Positions 45,609 to 54,284 of a stretch of DNA of 59,328 nucleotides are shown piece after piece. This stretch comes from a virus (Duplodnaviria; Caudoviricetes), in IMG/VR virus record IMGVR_UViG_3300010052_000181, positions 1 through 59,328 of that record. One strand, written 5' to 3'. Each line of letters begins with the position of its first letter. Position 1 is the stretch's first letter. The translations under genes and the position numbers were made by a program. The notes beneath the pieces are model-generated. The model saw only the letters and a program-made list of their open reading frames with translations. It was not told where the DNA came from and did no database searches.

Positions 45609-45821
45609 TCATTCAGCGGCCTCCGCTTTCGGGAGGTCATAGAAATCGTTCGGGAGCACCTGGCCGTCAGTAGCGGCGACGATGCGCTCCATCTGATCTT
45701 TCTGCGGGATCCGCTCGCGATTGATCCACTTCCTCAAGCCAGAAACCGAGCAGTCGCCGATCTTGGCGGCGAGCTCGTCCAAGGGGATGCTTGTGGCTTT
45801 GACAAATTCAGCGAGTGTCAT
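45609..45821 (-). CDS. cro: Cro-like repressor
   Basis: MTLAEF...ELAAKIG...LRKW...RIP....I..AT.G.V.PNDF; divergent from cI. Confidence 0.85.
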   Translation of the reverse strand: MTLAEFVKATSIPLDELAAKIGDCSVSGLRKWINRERIPQKDQMERIVAATDGQVLPNDFYDLPKAEAAE

Positions 45822-45828
45822 GGGCGCA

Positions 45829-45913
45829 AAGTTGCCCACAATGGGTAATTACGTCAACCCTATTTGGGAAACATCGCTAACGCTCCTGACGTGCTACATG
45901 GTCCCGTTATGGG
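45829..45913. promoter_or_regulatory. Lysis/lysogeny switch: three CCC-N5-GGG operators and the cro promoter
   Basis: CCCACAATGGG 45835-45845, CCCTATTTGGG 45858-45868, CCCGTTATGGG 45903-45913; minus-strand TTGACG-N17-CAACTT. Confidence 0.75.
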
Positions 45914-46634
45914 CAACAACCTGAAATCAATCAGAAATTTGAAGGGCTTGACGCAGCAGGAAGCCGCCGATGGCATGCGCGTGTCCAAGGGGCAGTACAT
46001 CAAGCTCGAGCGAGGCGATCGCCGACTCAACGAGGATTACATCATGAGGGCGGCGCGGACGTTCAGGGTCCCGCCCAGCGAGATCATCGCCGAGGATGAT
46101 GACTTGCTGCCCGCCGATCCGGCAGCATCTCTTCAGGGATACCTCGAGTTCGCCGGTGTCGCGGAGGCCGGCGCTTTCCGTGAGGTCGACGTCCACAACG
46201 ACGACCGCCGCCGGGTGGTGCCTATCGCGCCGGATCCTCGGTACAAACGCGCCAGGCAATACGTCTGGCAGATCGCAGGAGACTCGATGAACCGCGCCGG
46301 CCTGCTCGACGGCATGTTCGCGGTAGGCATAGATTACAAGGATTTCGTCGAGTTCTATCGGGACATTGAGCCCGGCGACATCGTGGTGGTCGAGCGGATG
46401 CGCTTCGACGGCCAGGAGCGCGAGCTGACCTGTAAAAAGTTCTGGAAGGAGAGGGGAGGAATCGCCTTCGTCCCTGATTCGACCAATGACAAGCACCGAG
46501 CGATCTCGGTCCCTCGTGACGGCGAAATCGAAGGCGAATCGATAACGATCCTCGCCTACGTCACCGGCGCCTACACGCTGTTCGGCAAGGCGGTTTATGA
46601 TCTCGACGAGGGTCAGCTGGTGAAGCTGAAATAG
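45909..46634 (+). CDS. cI: CI-like repressor (XRE HTH + S24 peptidase)
   Basis: HTH; EAG cleavage site, GDSM Ser, TCK Lys. Confidence 0.92.
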   Translation: MGNNLKSIRNLKGLTQQEAADGMRVSKGQYIKLERGDRRLNEDYIMRAARTFRVPPSEIIAEDDDLLPADPAASLQGYLEFAGVAEAGAFREVDVHNDDRRRVVPIAPDPRYKRARQYVWQIAGDSMNRAGLLDGMFAVGIDYKDFVEFYRDIEPGDIVVVERMRFDGQERELTCKKFWKERGGIAFVPDSTNDKHRAISVPRDGEIEGESITILAYVTGAYTLFGKAVYDLDEGQLVKLK

Positions 46635-46839
46635 GTCGATCCTCGCGCGCGCGGTATCGCGCGCGTGCGCGATAGAAGGTTATCTCTAACCTTAGACGTA
46701 GAGCTCTACGCGATACGATTCCGTGTCCCTGGATGTTGATGGTTGGACGCTTACGCGTCCACCTCACTGAACGATTCGTGGTTGGCGTTTCCGCGCGCGC
46801 GCGTGCTTATTTTCGCCAAAATCGTTCCAAAAATAATTT

Positions 46840-46879
46840 CCCACAATGGGTTGACGGCTATCCCATTTTGGGGAAGCCT
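46840..46879 (+). promoter_or_regulatory. Rightward early promoter with two operators
   Basis: CCCACAATGGG 46840-46850, TTGACG 46851-46856, CCCATTTTGGG 46862-46872. Confidence 0.75.
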
Positions 46880-46905
46880 ATAGGGGCAACAAGGTGCTCG
46901 CCCCG

Positions 46906-47034
46906 ATGTCTCAGCCATCAGCCTTCCTCGAATTTCTTTCTGACGCGGCCAAGCTGCTCGCGATCGCCGCCGCGCTGACCGGCTGGTACTTCGTGGCCTG
47001 GGCGATCGCGACGAGCCCGGTGGTGGTCCCATGA
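46906..47034 (+). CDS. 42-aa membrane peptide, first gene of rightward early operon
   Basis: MSQPSAFLEFLSDAAKLLAIAAALTGWYFVAWAIATSPVVVP; ATGA coupling. Confidence 0.55.
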   Translation: MSQPSAFLEFLSDAAKLLAIAAALTGWYFVAWAIATSPVVVP

Positions 47035-47399
47035 GCGACCACCCAAAAATCCGCAACGCCACGACATCCCAGCTCCGCAGCTGGGCCGACGCCCACGCGA
47101 TATCGTCCGCACGGTTTGCCGACGAGATGGAGCGCCGCCGCAAGGCTGGAAGGCTGGAGATCGCAGAGGCGCCGCCGCTCGACTACGCGACCATCGTCGA
47201 GGGCGAACTCGACATCCCGCTCTACCCGCACGAGATTAGGATCGCAGACGACCGGGAGGATGACTTCGGGGCGCAGCCGCATTCCGACCTGGTCGGCTGG
47301 ATCTGCATGGCGGTTGCGATCCTGGCGACCGCTGGCCTGATCGCGCTCTGCATCTGGGGTGTCAGAGTTTCAGGTACGTCATGGCTGGACATGCTGTGA
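47031..47399 (+). CDS. Hypothetical protein with C-terminal TM
   Basis: Coupled to neighbours; hydrophobic helix. Confidence 0.6.
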   Translation: MSDHPKIRNATTSQLRSWADAHAISSARFADEMERRRKAGRLEIAEAPPLDYATIVEGELDIPLYPHEIRIADDREDDFGAQPHSDLVGWICMAVAILATAGLIALCIWGVRVSGTSWLDML

Positions 47400-47635
47400 T
47401 GGCGCGGTCCCCATTCACGCCGGCGATTTCCAACGCCCTTCGCGCTCTCAGCGGCGCGCCGCTCGATCGCGTTTCCGGCGGCTATGGAAAGGATTGGCCG
47501 GCCGGTCACATCCCGTTGAAAACCGCAAAGCGAATGGTCGATCTCGGCTACGCGGCGGTTGATGGAAAGCTTGGAGGAAAACGCTCCCGGCTGCTGCAGA
47601 CTGAATCCGGTCGCGTTGCAGGGGGGACTGCCTGA
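47399..47635 (+). CDS. Hypothetical protein (wHTH-like)
   Basis: TGATG coupling. Confidence 0.5.
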   Translation: MARSPFTPAISNALRALSGAPLDRVSGGYGKDWPAGHIPLKTAKRMVDLGYAAVDGKLGGKRSRLLQTESGRVAGGTA

Positions 47636-47932
47636 ATGGTCCCCGCCTCCCGCCTCACTGACGAGCAGCTCCGCGATCTCGCCGAGAGTAGCTTCGAGGT
47701 CCTGAATTTCTGCAGGCGCAAGGGGCTCAAACGCGCCCCGCAGATCGCTGAGCTTGTCCGGACCTTCGAGGTCCGACTCGGATATCGCCAGCCTGAGCTG
47801 CCTCGCTCGGAACTTGTGGATGTTGCAAAGAATATCGGCAAGGTCTCATCTGAAAGCAGCAGCAATTACGATGGCGTTACTAGGGACGCTGCCGCCGTAT
47901 CTCGCGCTGCTTTCCATGAACAGTGCAATTGA
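47636..47932 (+). CDS. Hypothetical protein
   Basis: Starts 1 nt after previous stop. Confidence 0.5.
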   Translation: MVPASRLTDEQLRDLAESSFEVLNFCRRKGLKRAPQIAELVRTFEVRLGYRQPELPRSELVDVAKNIGKVSSESSSNYDGVTRDAAAVSRAAFHEQCN

Positions 47933-47948
47933 GGGGGAGACTTTCATT

Positions 47949-48875
47949 ATGTCAGTTGAAGTTCTACGACCCGCCGACCGCACCGCCTGGCTGGCCGAAC
48001 GCCGCAAGGACCTTACCGCCTCCGACATCGGCGCCGTCGCCGGCGTCGACCGCTACCGTTCCGCGCTCCGGGTCTATGCCGAGAAGACCGGGCAGTTCCA
48101 CGACGACTCCGACAACAACATGATGCGGCGCGGACGCTGGCTGGAGCCAGCCGTGATCGAGGCGCTCAGGGAACGCTTTCCGACTTGGGACATCCGTCGC
48201 GCCGGCGTCTATCTGCGCGACACCGAGATCCGCATGGGAGCAACTCCGGACTGCATCGCGGAGGATCGAGACGAACCGGGCATCATCAACATCCAGTGCA
48301 AGGTCGTGGCCAAGCCCGTCTTCGACAAGGAGTGGGAGGATGGCAGGGCCCCTCTGAAGTACCAGCTTCAGACGCTCGCCGAGGGGTTAATGCTGGGAGC
48401 GCGCACGAACCTGGTCGCCGCGCTGGTGATCGATACCTTTTCGGCCGAGCTGGTGGTCGATGAGGTTCCCCGGCATGCCGGCGCAGAGGCCAGGGTCCGG
48501 GAGATCGTGACCACATTCTGGTCTGACATCAAGGCGGGCAAGCAGCCCAAGGTCGACTATCAGGCCGATGGCGAACTGCTGTCATCGATGTACCCCGAAC
48601 ATCAGCCCGGCAAGATCATCGACCTTCGATCCGACAATCGCATGCCGATCCTGCTCGCCGAGCGCGCCGATCTCAAGGCGCGCATCAAGGCTGACGGCGA
48701 GCGCGTGGACGAACTGGACAGCGAGATCAAGGCGAAGATGGGCGATGCCGAGGAAGCCCTGGTGCCTGGGTTCAAGCTGACGTGGAAGAGCCAGCACCGC
48801 AAGGAATACAAGGTAGAGGCCTCGACCATCAGGCCACTCCGGATCACTGACCGCAGAGAGAAGGAAAACGGCTGA
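47949..48875 (+). CDS. YqaJ/lambda-exonuclease family recombination nuclease
   Basis: WLAERR..LTASD, G..LEP, ATPD, QCK, Y.LQ. Confidence 0.9.
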   Translation: MSVEVLRPADRTAWLAERRKDLTASDIGAVAGVDRYRSALRVYAEKTGQFHDDSDNNMMRRGRWLEPAVIEALRERFPTWDIRRAGVYLRDTEIRMGATPDCIAEDRDEPGIINIQCKVVAKPVFDKEWEDGRAPLKYQLQTLAEGLMLGARTNLVAALVIDTFSAELVVDEVPRHAGAEARVREIVTTFWSDIKAGKQPKVDYQADGELLSSMYPEHQPGKIIDLRSDNRMPILLAERADLKARIKADGERVDELDSEIKAKMGDAEEALVPGFKLTWKSQHRKEYKVEASTIRPLRITDRREKENG

Positions 48876-48876
48876 A

Positions 48877-50130
48877 ATGGAAACCGTGACAGCAGAACGG
48901 GAGGAGCGCTATTCCGCGCTCGATCAGTTTGCCCGGCAGGGCGAGCAAAGCAGGGGAGAGGTTGCCGCGATACCCGCGTTTGCGGCGCCCGTCGATCGCG
49001 TCGTCGGCGCGCAAAAGGTGGCCGTCTACCGCGACGAGGCCCGTGTCCTCGGCAAGCTGAAAGCGCTCGCCGCCGCCGCAGGAACAGACTGGTACTATCG
49101 TTTCCCGGTCAAGAACCGGAAGGACAACCGGACGGACTGGATCGAAGGGCCATCCATCAAGCTCGCGAACGATCTCGCCCGCCTCTACGGCAACTGCGAC
49201 ATCGACGTCAGGGTTCAGGATGTCGGGCAGGCATGGATGATCTACGCCCGGTTCGTCGACCTCGAGACCGGCTATTCCTTGGTGAGGCCGTTCCAGCAGA
49301 ACAAGGGCGGCTCCAGGATCGGCGGCTCCGACGACAGCCGCCGGCTCGACATCGCGCTGCAGATCGGAGCCTCGAAGGCAATCCGCAACGTCACTGTCAA
49401 CGCGCTGCAGACCTTCGCCGACTTCGCCTTCGAGGAAGCCAAGGGGGCCCTCGTCGAGAAGATCGGCAAGGACATCGGGAAGTGGCGGGGTGCAACGGTC
49501 GAGCGCATTCAGGAGCATGTCGAGCTGATCCGCGTCGAGACCGTCGTCGGCCGAAAGGCTGCGGACTGGCTGGCGCCTGACATCGCCAGGATCATCGCCA
49601 TGATGAAGGCCGTTCAGGACGGGATGGCGACGCTGGACGAGACCTTCCCGCCGATCGCTGCGACCGGCGAGGTCAAGGATGACGCCGCCGGCGATGGTGA
49701 AGGCGACAACAAGCTCGATGGGTTCGCCGCGGGCGAGAAGAAGCCCGCACCGCCAGCCGAGACGAAGGCTCAACCGGAGAAGCCGGCCAAGGGCAAAACG
49801 TCGACTGAAAAGCAATCCGCCAAGAGCGAAGAACAGCACCAGCAGAATTCGGAGCCCGGCCCCGTTAGCGGCTCCGAAGGCGGCGAGGGCAGTCCCCAAG
49901 CCCCGACCCCGGCCCAAGCCGCCGAGAAGCCGTCGCCCGACACCACCGAACCGTCGGGCGACGGTGATCCCCTTGCAAAGGCCAGAGCCGAGGGCGCCCA
50001 GGCCCGCGCGAACAAGCAGGTCAGGAAATCGATGCCGGCCGCGTACCGAAAGGACGAGGCCCTGTCGGAGGCCTGGCTGCTCGGATTCGACACCGGCGAA
50101 GCCGAGAGGCAACCCGGCGAAGACGGCTAG
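48877..50130 (+). CDS. Putative single-strand annealing protein (partner of YqaJ)
   Basis: Position; IEGPSIKLA..LAR.YGN and SKAIRN core, long disordered tail. Confidence 0.55.
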   Translation: METVTAEREERYSALDQFARQGEQSRGEVAAIPAFAAPVDRVVGAQKVAVYRDEARVLGKLKALAAAAGTDWYYRFPVKNRKDNRTDWIEGPSIKLANDLARLYGNCDIDVRVQDVGQAWMIYARFVDLETGYSLVRPFQQNKGGSRIGGSDDSRRLDIALQIGASKAIRNVTVNALQTFADFAFEEAKGALVEKIGKDIGKWRGATVERIQEHVELIRVETVVGRKAADWLAPDIARIIAMMKAVQDGMATLDETFPPIAATGEVKDDAAGDGEGDNKLDGFAAGEKKPAPPAETKAQPEKPAKGKTSTEKQSAKSEEQHQQNSEPGPVSGSEGGEGSPQAPTPAQAAEKPSPDTTEPSGDGDPLAKARAEGAQARANKQVRKSMPAAYRKDEALSEAWLLGFDTGEAERQPGEDG

Positions 50131-50205
50131 ATAGCATAAGCGTTTCGATGCCCGCCGCCCCTGTTGGAGGGCGGCGGACGGCACCGCTTTGTCGAAAGAA
50201 GGCAC

Positions 50206-50562
50206 ATGAAAGAGATCAGGGCGAACGTCATCGACAGGTTCAGGAAGGGAGAGCGCCTCGTGCAGGTCGTCTCCGAGCCCGGCGTCACGAAGGTGATGAC
50301 GAAGGCTGGCCTGGTCGATCATCCCTTCAAGCCTGGCGACATCGCTCTGACGGCCGGAGATGGAACCGTGATTGTAGCCCCGGCCGGCTTCGAGGCCGTG
50401 CTCGACTACGCAGAGCGGGTTCTTGATGGCGACCAGCGCGCCAACACCGACCCGATCGGGCTGCAGATGCTGGCGGCCGCGATCGTGGCGATCTCCTCGA
50501 TCCAGCCGCCCATTGCGCCACCACCTGCCGCTGAAGCTGCTGCCGTCCTGGCGACGGCCTAA
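50206..50562 (+). CDS. Hypothetical protein
   Basis: AAGG RBS; operon context. Confidence 0.6.
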   Translation: MKEIRANVIDRFRKGERLVQVVSEPGVTKVMTKAGLVDHPFKPGDIALTAGDGTVIVAPAGFEAVLDYAERVLDGDQRANTDPIGLQMLAAAIVAISSIQPPIAPPPAAEAAAVLATA

Positions 50563-50577
50563 CGTTGGAGCCCCTCC

Positions 50578-50820
50578 ATGACTGATATCAGAGAGCGCGT
50601 CGCCTCGATCATCGCCAAGCACCTCGGTGTGCCGGCCGAGCGCGTGGTTCCTCCGGCCTCGATCATCGAGGATCTCGGCGGTGACAGCCTCGACCACGTC
50701 GAGATCGTCATGACGCTCGAGGAAACCTTCGGGATCGAGATCAGCGACGACGAGATGGATGCGATCCGAACCGTCGGTGATGCGATTGCTCGCGTCGAGA
50801 AGGCCACCCGCAATGGCTGA
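50578..50820 (+). CDS. acpP: Acyl carrier protein
   Basis: 80 aa, acidic, [27 protein letters not shown]...I.TVGDA. Confidence 0.92.
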   Translation: MTDIRERVASIIAKHLGVPAERVVPPASIIEDLGGDSLDHVEIVMTLEETFGIEISDDEMDAIRTVGDAIARVEKATRNG

Positions 50821-51145
50821 GGTTGTCATCACCGACGAGATGGTCAAGGCAGCAGCTCAGGCCGCCTACGGCTCGCACTACGAGCGTCACATGAAGATGA
50901 TGCGCAAGGCGCTAGCGGCGGCCGTGACGGCGGGCGAGCAAGAATGGCAGCCAGGGCCGCCGCCTGACAACGTTGGCTACGTCGACGTCCGCGAAGTCAC
51001 CACCTATCGCTTCATGCCTTACAAGCCGGACGGTCGGCGGCAGATGGGAAAGCGCGGGCGCTGGCAGTCAGCGACCCAATACGGCTTTGAGAATTGCGAT
51101 CCGCCAGTTGGTGAGTGGCGTACAAATCCGGGAGGCGATCAGTGA
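50813..51145 (+). CDS. Hypothetical protein
   Basis: ITDEMV.AA motif; overlaps neighbours. Confidence 0.55.
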   Translation: MAEVVITDEMVKAAAQAAYGSHYERHMKMMRKALAAAVTAGEQEWQPGPPPDNVGYVDVREVTTYRFMPYKPDGRRQMGKRGRWQSATQYGFENCDPPVGEWRTNPGGDQ

Positions 51146-51972
51146 CCGAAGACCTCGCCCTCCCGCTGCAGCCGGCCTTTGTCCCGCCGTCCCTCATAAG
51201 GATCGTGGACACAGAGACGACCGGGCTGAAAGACCCCGCCGAAATGGTCGAGATCGGCTGGACCGATATTGTCCTGACGCGCGGCGGCTGGGTCATCGAC
51301 GACGGCCCCCACAGCCTGATCGTCAATCCAGGCATGCCGATCCCGTTCCCGGCAATGGCCGTGCACCACATCACCGAAGCTGACGTCGCCGAGGGCGTCG
51401 ATCCAGAGCAGGCCCGCCGTCTCATCCTCAACGGCGCCGACATGCTGGCGTCGCACAACTGGGCCTACGACATCCGCTTCATCCGGACCAAAGCGCCGGC
51501 GATCTGCACCTACAAGTGCGCGCTGACCCTGTGGCCGGACCTCCAGAGCCACGGCAACGGATCGATCCGATACGAGCGCGGCTATTGCATCGGTGACGAC
51601 CGAGCCTACCCGCCGCACCGCGCCGGCCCCGATACATGGATCACCGCGCACATCTTGCTCGATATCCTCACCGAGATCTCGGTCGAGCGCGCAGTCGAGA
51701 TCACCGAGAACCCGGTCGAGCTGAAGCGGATCAATTTCGGTGAGCACGACGGCAAGCTCTTCACCGAGGTCCCCTGGGACTACCTGCACTGGATTGTCCA
51801 CAAATCGAAGATGCCGACTGATCCGGAGCGCGTGAACGAGGTGTTCACGGCGCGCGCGGAGCTCGCCCGCCGGCAAGCCGAGAACGCTGCGCAGAATGTG
51901 GGTGGAGCATCCGACGTCGATCCGGATGGCTGGCGCCGCACCTTGCCGGCGGCAACAGGGGGTGCCGCCTGA
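51142..51972 (+). CDS. DEDDh 3'-5' exonuclease (ExoX/DnaQ-like)
   Basis: VDTETTG, HN.AYD, HRA.PD; C-terminal FGEH.G....VP.DYL.W. Confidence 0.9.
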   Translation: MTEDLALPLQPAFVPPSLIRIVDTETTGLKDPAEMVEIGWTDIVLTRGGWVIDDGPHSLIVNPGMPIPFPAMAVHHITEADVAEGVDPEQARRLILNGADMLASHNWAYDIRFIRTKAPAICTYKCALTLWPDLQSHGNGSIRYERGYCIGDDRAYPPHRAGPDTWITAHILLDILTEISVERAVEITENPVELKRINFGEHDGKLFTEVPWDYLHWIVHKSKMPTDPERVNEVFTARAELARRQAENAAQNVGGASDVDPDGWRRTLPAATGGAA

Positions 51973-52361
51973 TGGCCATCTTCTCGGCAACCACAATCCT
52001 GTCGGACGAGCAGTTCCAAGAAGCCATGAGACTGGCAGCCGCTTCGGCGGTTCACGCGCTGGAGCCGACGATGACTGCCTACAATCGGCGGCTGAACGAC
52101 CTGCTTGAGGCGAACAACCGGTACCTCCAGGACGGCCGGAACTGGCGCATTGTCGAGAAGCTGCGCGCCAGCGAAGGGAACTCGGTCGAGGTCCTTTGCG
52201 ACAACCCCGACTTCAACGGCCAGCCGAACAGCGCGGTGGTCTGCAGCGGCGACTGGACCGACTGGCAGCCGGCCCGTTTCACAGGCGATTCCATCGACGA
52301 AGCCCTGGGCGCGGCAGTCGTGGCCTTCAACAAATGGGAGCGCGAAAATGGAAGCCGCTGA
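51972..52361 (+). CDS. Hypothetical protein
   Basis: TGATG coupling; DLLEANNRYL coiled segment. Confidence 0.65.
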   Translation: MAIFSATTILSDEQFQEAMRLAAASAVHALEPTMTAYNRRLNDLLEANNRYLQDGRNWRIVEKLRASEGNSVEVLCDNPDFNGQPNSAVVCSGDWTDWQPARFTGDSIDEALGAAVVAFNKWERENGSR

Positions 52362-52566
52362 GCCGAAACGGCCCCGACACCACGGTGCAATCCTTGCCGC
52401 GCTGGAAGCCGGCCTCTGCACCGCCCACAGCCTCGCCCGGCAGCTCGGTATCACCGAGCGCTCGATCTACCGCAACATCGCGCAGCTGAAAGCCGACGGC
52501 GTTCCGATCAAGGGGGAAGCGGGAGTCGGCTATATGCTGCGTCGTCAACCGGGGGTGTCCCAATGA
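52348..52566 (+). CDS. Stand-alone HTH_11 (YafY N-terminal-like) protein
   Basis: TA..LA.QLGITERSIYR.I..L...GVPI.GEAGVGY.L. Confidence 0.8.
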   Translation: MEAAEPKRPRHHGAILAALEAGLCTAHSLARQLGITERSIYRNIAQLKADGVPIKGEAGVGYMLRRQPGVSQ

Positions 52567-52721
52567 CCCGCCGGCGCGATCGCCGCTTTGCGATCATCTC
52601 GACATGGCTTCGCCGGCGGGGGTTCCGCATGCGGACGATCAACACGGGCAGCAGCCACCCTCGCGAGCCGGTTTGCATCCTGATCGTGAAAGCGACGAGC
52701 AGGGAGGTTGCCCGGCTATGA
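52563..52721 (+). CDS. 52-aa basic protein
   Basis: ATGA overlaps at both ends. Confidence 0.45.
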   Translation: MTRRRDRRFAIISTWLRRRGFRMRTINTGSSHPREPVCILIVKATSREVARL

Positions 52722-53851
52722 CTGACGTTCGCTCATGGTCGCCACAGCAAGCCGCCGCCCTCGACGCGGTTTCCCGCTGGTATGGGAGCGGGCTGGACCG
52801 GTCACAGGTCTTCCGGGTTTTCGGCTATGCCGGTACCGGCAAGACGACCTTGGCCCGCCACTTCGCCGAGGGTCTGGCCGGCGATGTCCTCTACGCCGCC
52901 TACACCGGCAAGGCGGCGATGGTGATGCGCCGCAATGGCTGCCACAACGCCATGACCATCCATGCCACGATCTACAACGTCGATTTCAACGTCGACACCG
53001 GCGTCAAGAAGTTCGTCCTAAAAGACGTCGACGACCTCTCGCATATCGCGCTGTTCGTCATCGATGAGTGTTCGATGGTCGACGCAGAGATCGGCAAAGA
53101 CTTGCTTTCGTTCGGCGTCCCTGTGCTCGTGCTCGGCGACCCCGCGCAGCTGCCGCCAGTGAAGGGAACCGGTGGGGGGTTCTTCACCGACGCGGATCCG
53201 GACGTCATGCTGACGGAGATCCACCGCCAGGCCGCCGAGAATCCGATCGTTCGGATGGCAACGCATATCCGCGAGGGCGGCCGTCTGCAGCACGGCCGGT
53301 TTGGCGAGAGCCGTGTTATCGCGCGCGGCGACCTGAGCCAGGATGATGTCACCGGTGCGGATCAGGTCCTGGTCGGGCTGAACAAGACGCGAGCGCTCTA
53401 TAACAGCCGCATGCGACAGCTGAAGGGCTTCCAAGGCCAGATGCCCGAGGTCGGCGAGCAGCTGGTCTGCCTGAAAAACGACCGCAACAAGGGCATCTTC
53501 AACGGGGGTTTGTGGAGCGTCGTCGAGCTAAAGAAGCGCCGGCGCGGCAGCCTCAACGATCATTGCGTCCGCATGTTCGTGTCATCGCTCGATTTCGAGT
53601 CGACGACGCCGGTCGATATCCGCGTCCGCGAGGAATTCTTTCAGGGCCGCGGGAACGAGGTGCCCTGGAAGGAACTCCGTGGAACTCAGCAATTCGACTA
53701 CGGCTATGCCCTCACGGTCCACAAGAGCCAGGGCAGCCAGTGGGATCACGTCTGCCTGTTCGACGAATCCGGGAACTTCAGCACAGACCGAGCGCGCTGG
53801 CTTTACACCGGCCTGACGCGCGCGGCTGCAAAAATCACGGTGGTGATGTGA
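52718..53851 (+). CDS. RecD/Dda-like SF1 helicase
   Basis: GYAGTGKT, IDECSMV, GDPAQLPPV, YALTVHKSQGS, YT.LTRA. Confidence 0.92.
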   Translation: MTDVRSWSPQQAAALDAVSRWYGSGLDRSQVFRVFGYAGTGKTTLARHFAEGLAGDVLYAAYTGKAAMVMRRNGCHNAMTIHATIYNVDFNVDTGVKKFVLKDVDDLSHIALFVIDECSMVDAEIGKDLLSFGVPVLVLGDPAQLPPVKGTGGGFFTDADPDVMLTEIHRQAAENPIVRMATHIREGGRLQHGRFGESRVIARGDLSQDDVTGADQVLVGLNKTRALYNSRMRQLKGFQGQMPEVGEQLVCLKNDRNKGIFNGGLWSVVELKKRRRGSLNDHCVRMFVSSLDFESTTPVDIRVREEFFQGRGNEVPWKELRGTQQFDYGYALTVHKSQGSQWDHVCLFDESGNFSTDRARWLYTGLTRAAAKITVVM

Positions 53852-54054
53852 TGGCACCCAAGCTCGCTCAAAGCATCAGCTTCTTCCTCTGCGAACACTG
53901 CCATTCGGTTCACATCGGGCTTTGGCGCAACGGCAAGATGTACGCTGAAGCAATTCCGACTGACATCGATGGCGTCGCCGCTGATCTCGCCGCGACGATC
54001 GAGGAAAGCCGCCGGCGCCAACGCGGCGCGCCGCTGGCGCACAAACCCCACTGA
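53851..54054 (+). CDS. Small CxxC protein
   Basis: TGATG coupling; CEHCHSVH. Confidence 0.5.
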   Translation: MAPKLAQSISFFLCEHCHSVHIGLWRNGKMYAEAIPTDIDGVAADLAATIEESRRRQRGAPLAHKPH

Positions 54055-54076
54055 GCCGCGCAGAAGGAGCACGGAA

Positions 54077-54268
54077 ATGGCAGCACCGAAGAAGGTCTTC
54101 AACTGGTCCGCCAGGAGGTCGACGAACTCGATCTCGATCAGCGGATTCGACGCCAAGGGCACGGCCCTGAAGGTGGTCGGCGTCCCGGTCATTGAAGCCG
54201 GCAAGAAGGGGAAGGGGCCCGTCGTCACCGACAAGGCCGGCGACCGCTTCGAACTGGTCTCGGCGTAG
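54077..54268 (+). CDS. Small basic hypothetical protein
   Basis: AAGGAG RBS. Confidence 0.6.
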   Translation: MAAPKKVFNWSARRSTNSISISGFDAKGTALKVVGVPVIEAGKKGKGPVVTDKAGDRFELVSA

Positions 54269-54284
54269 GGGAGCGGCGACCACG

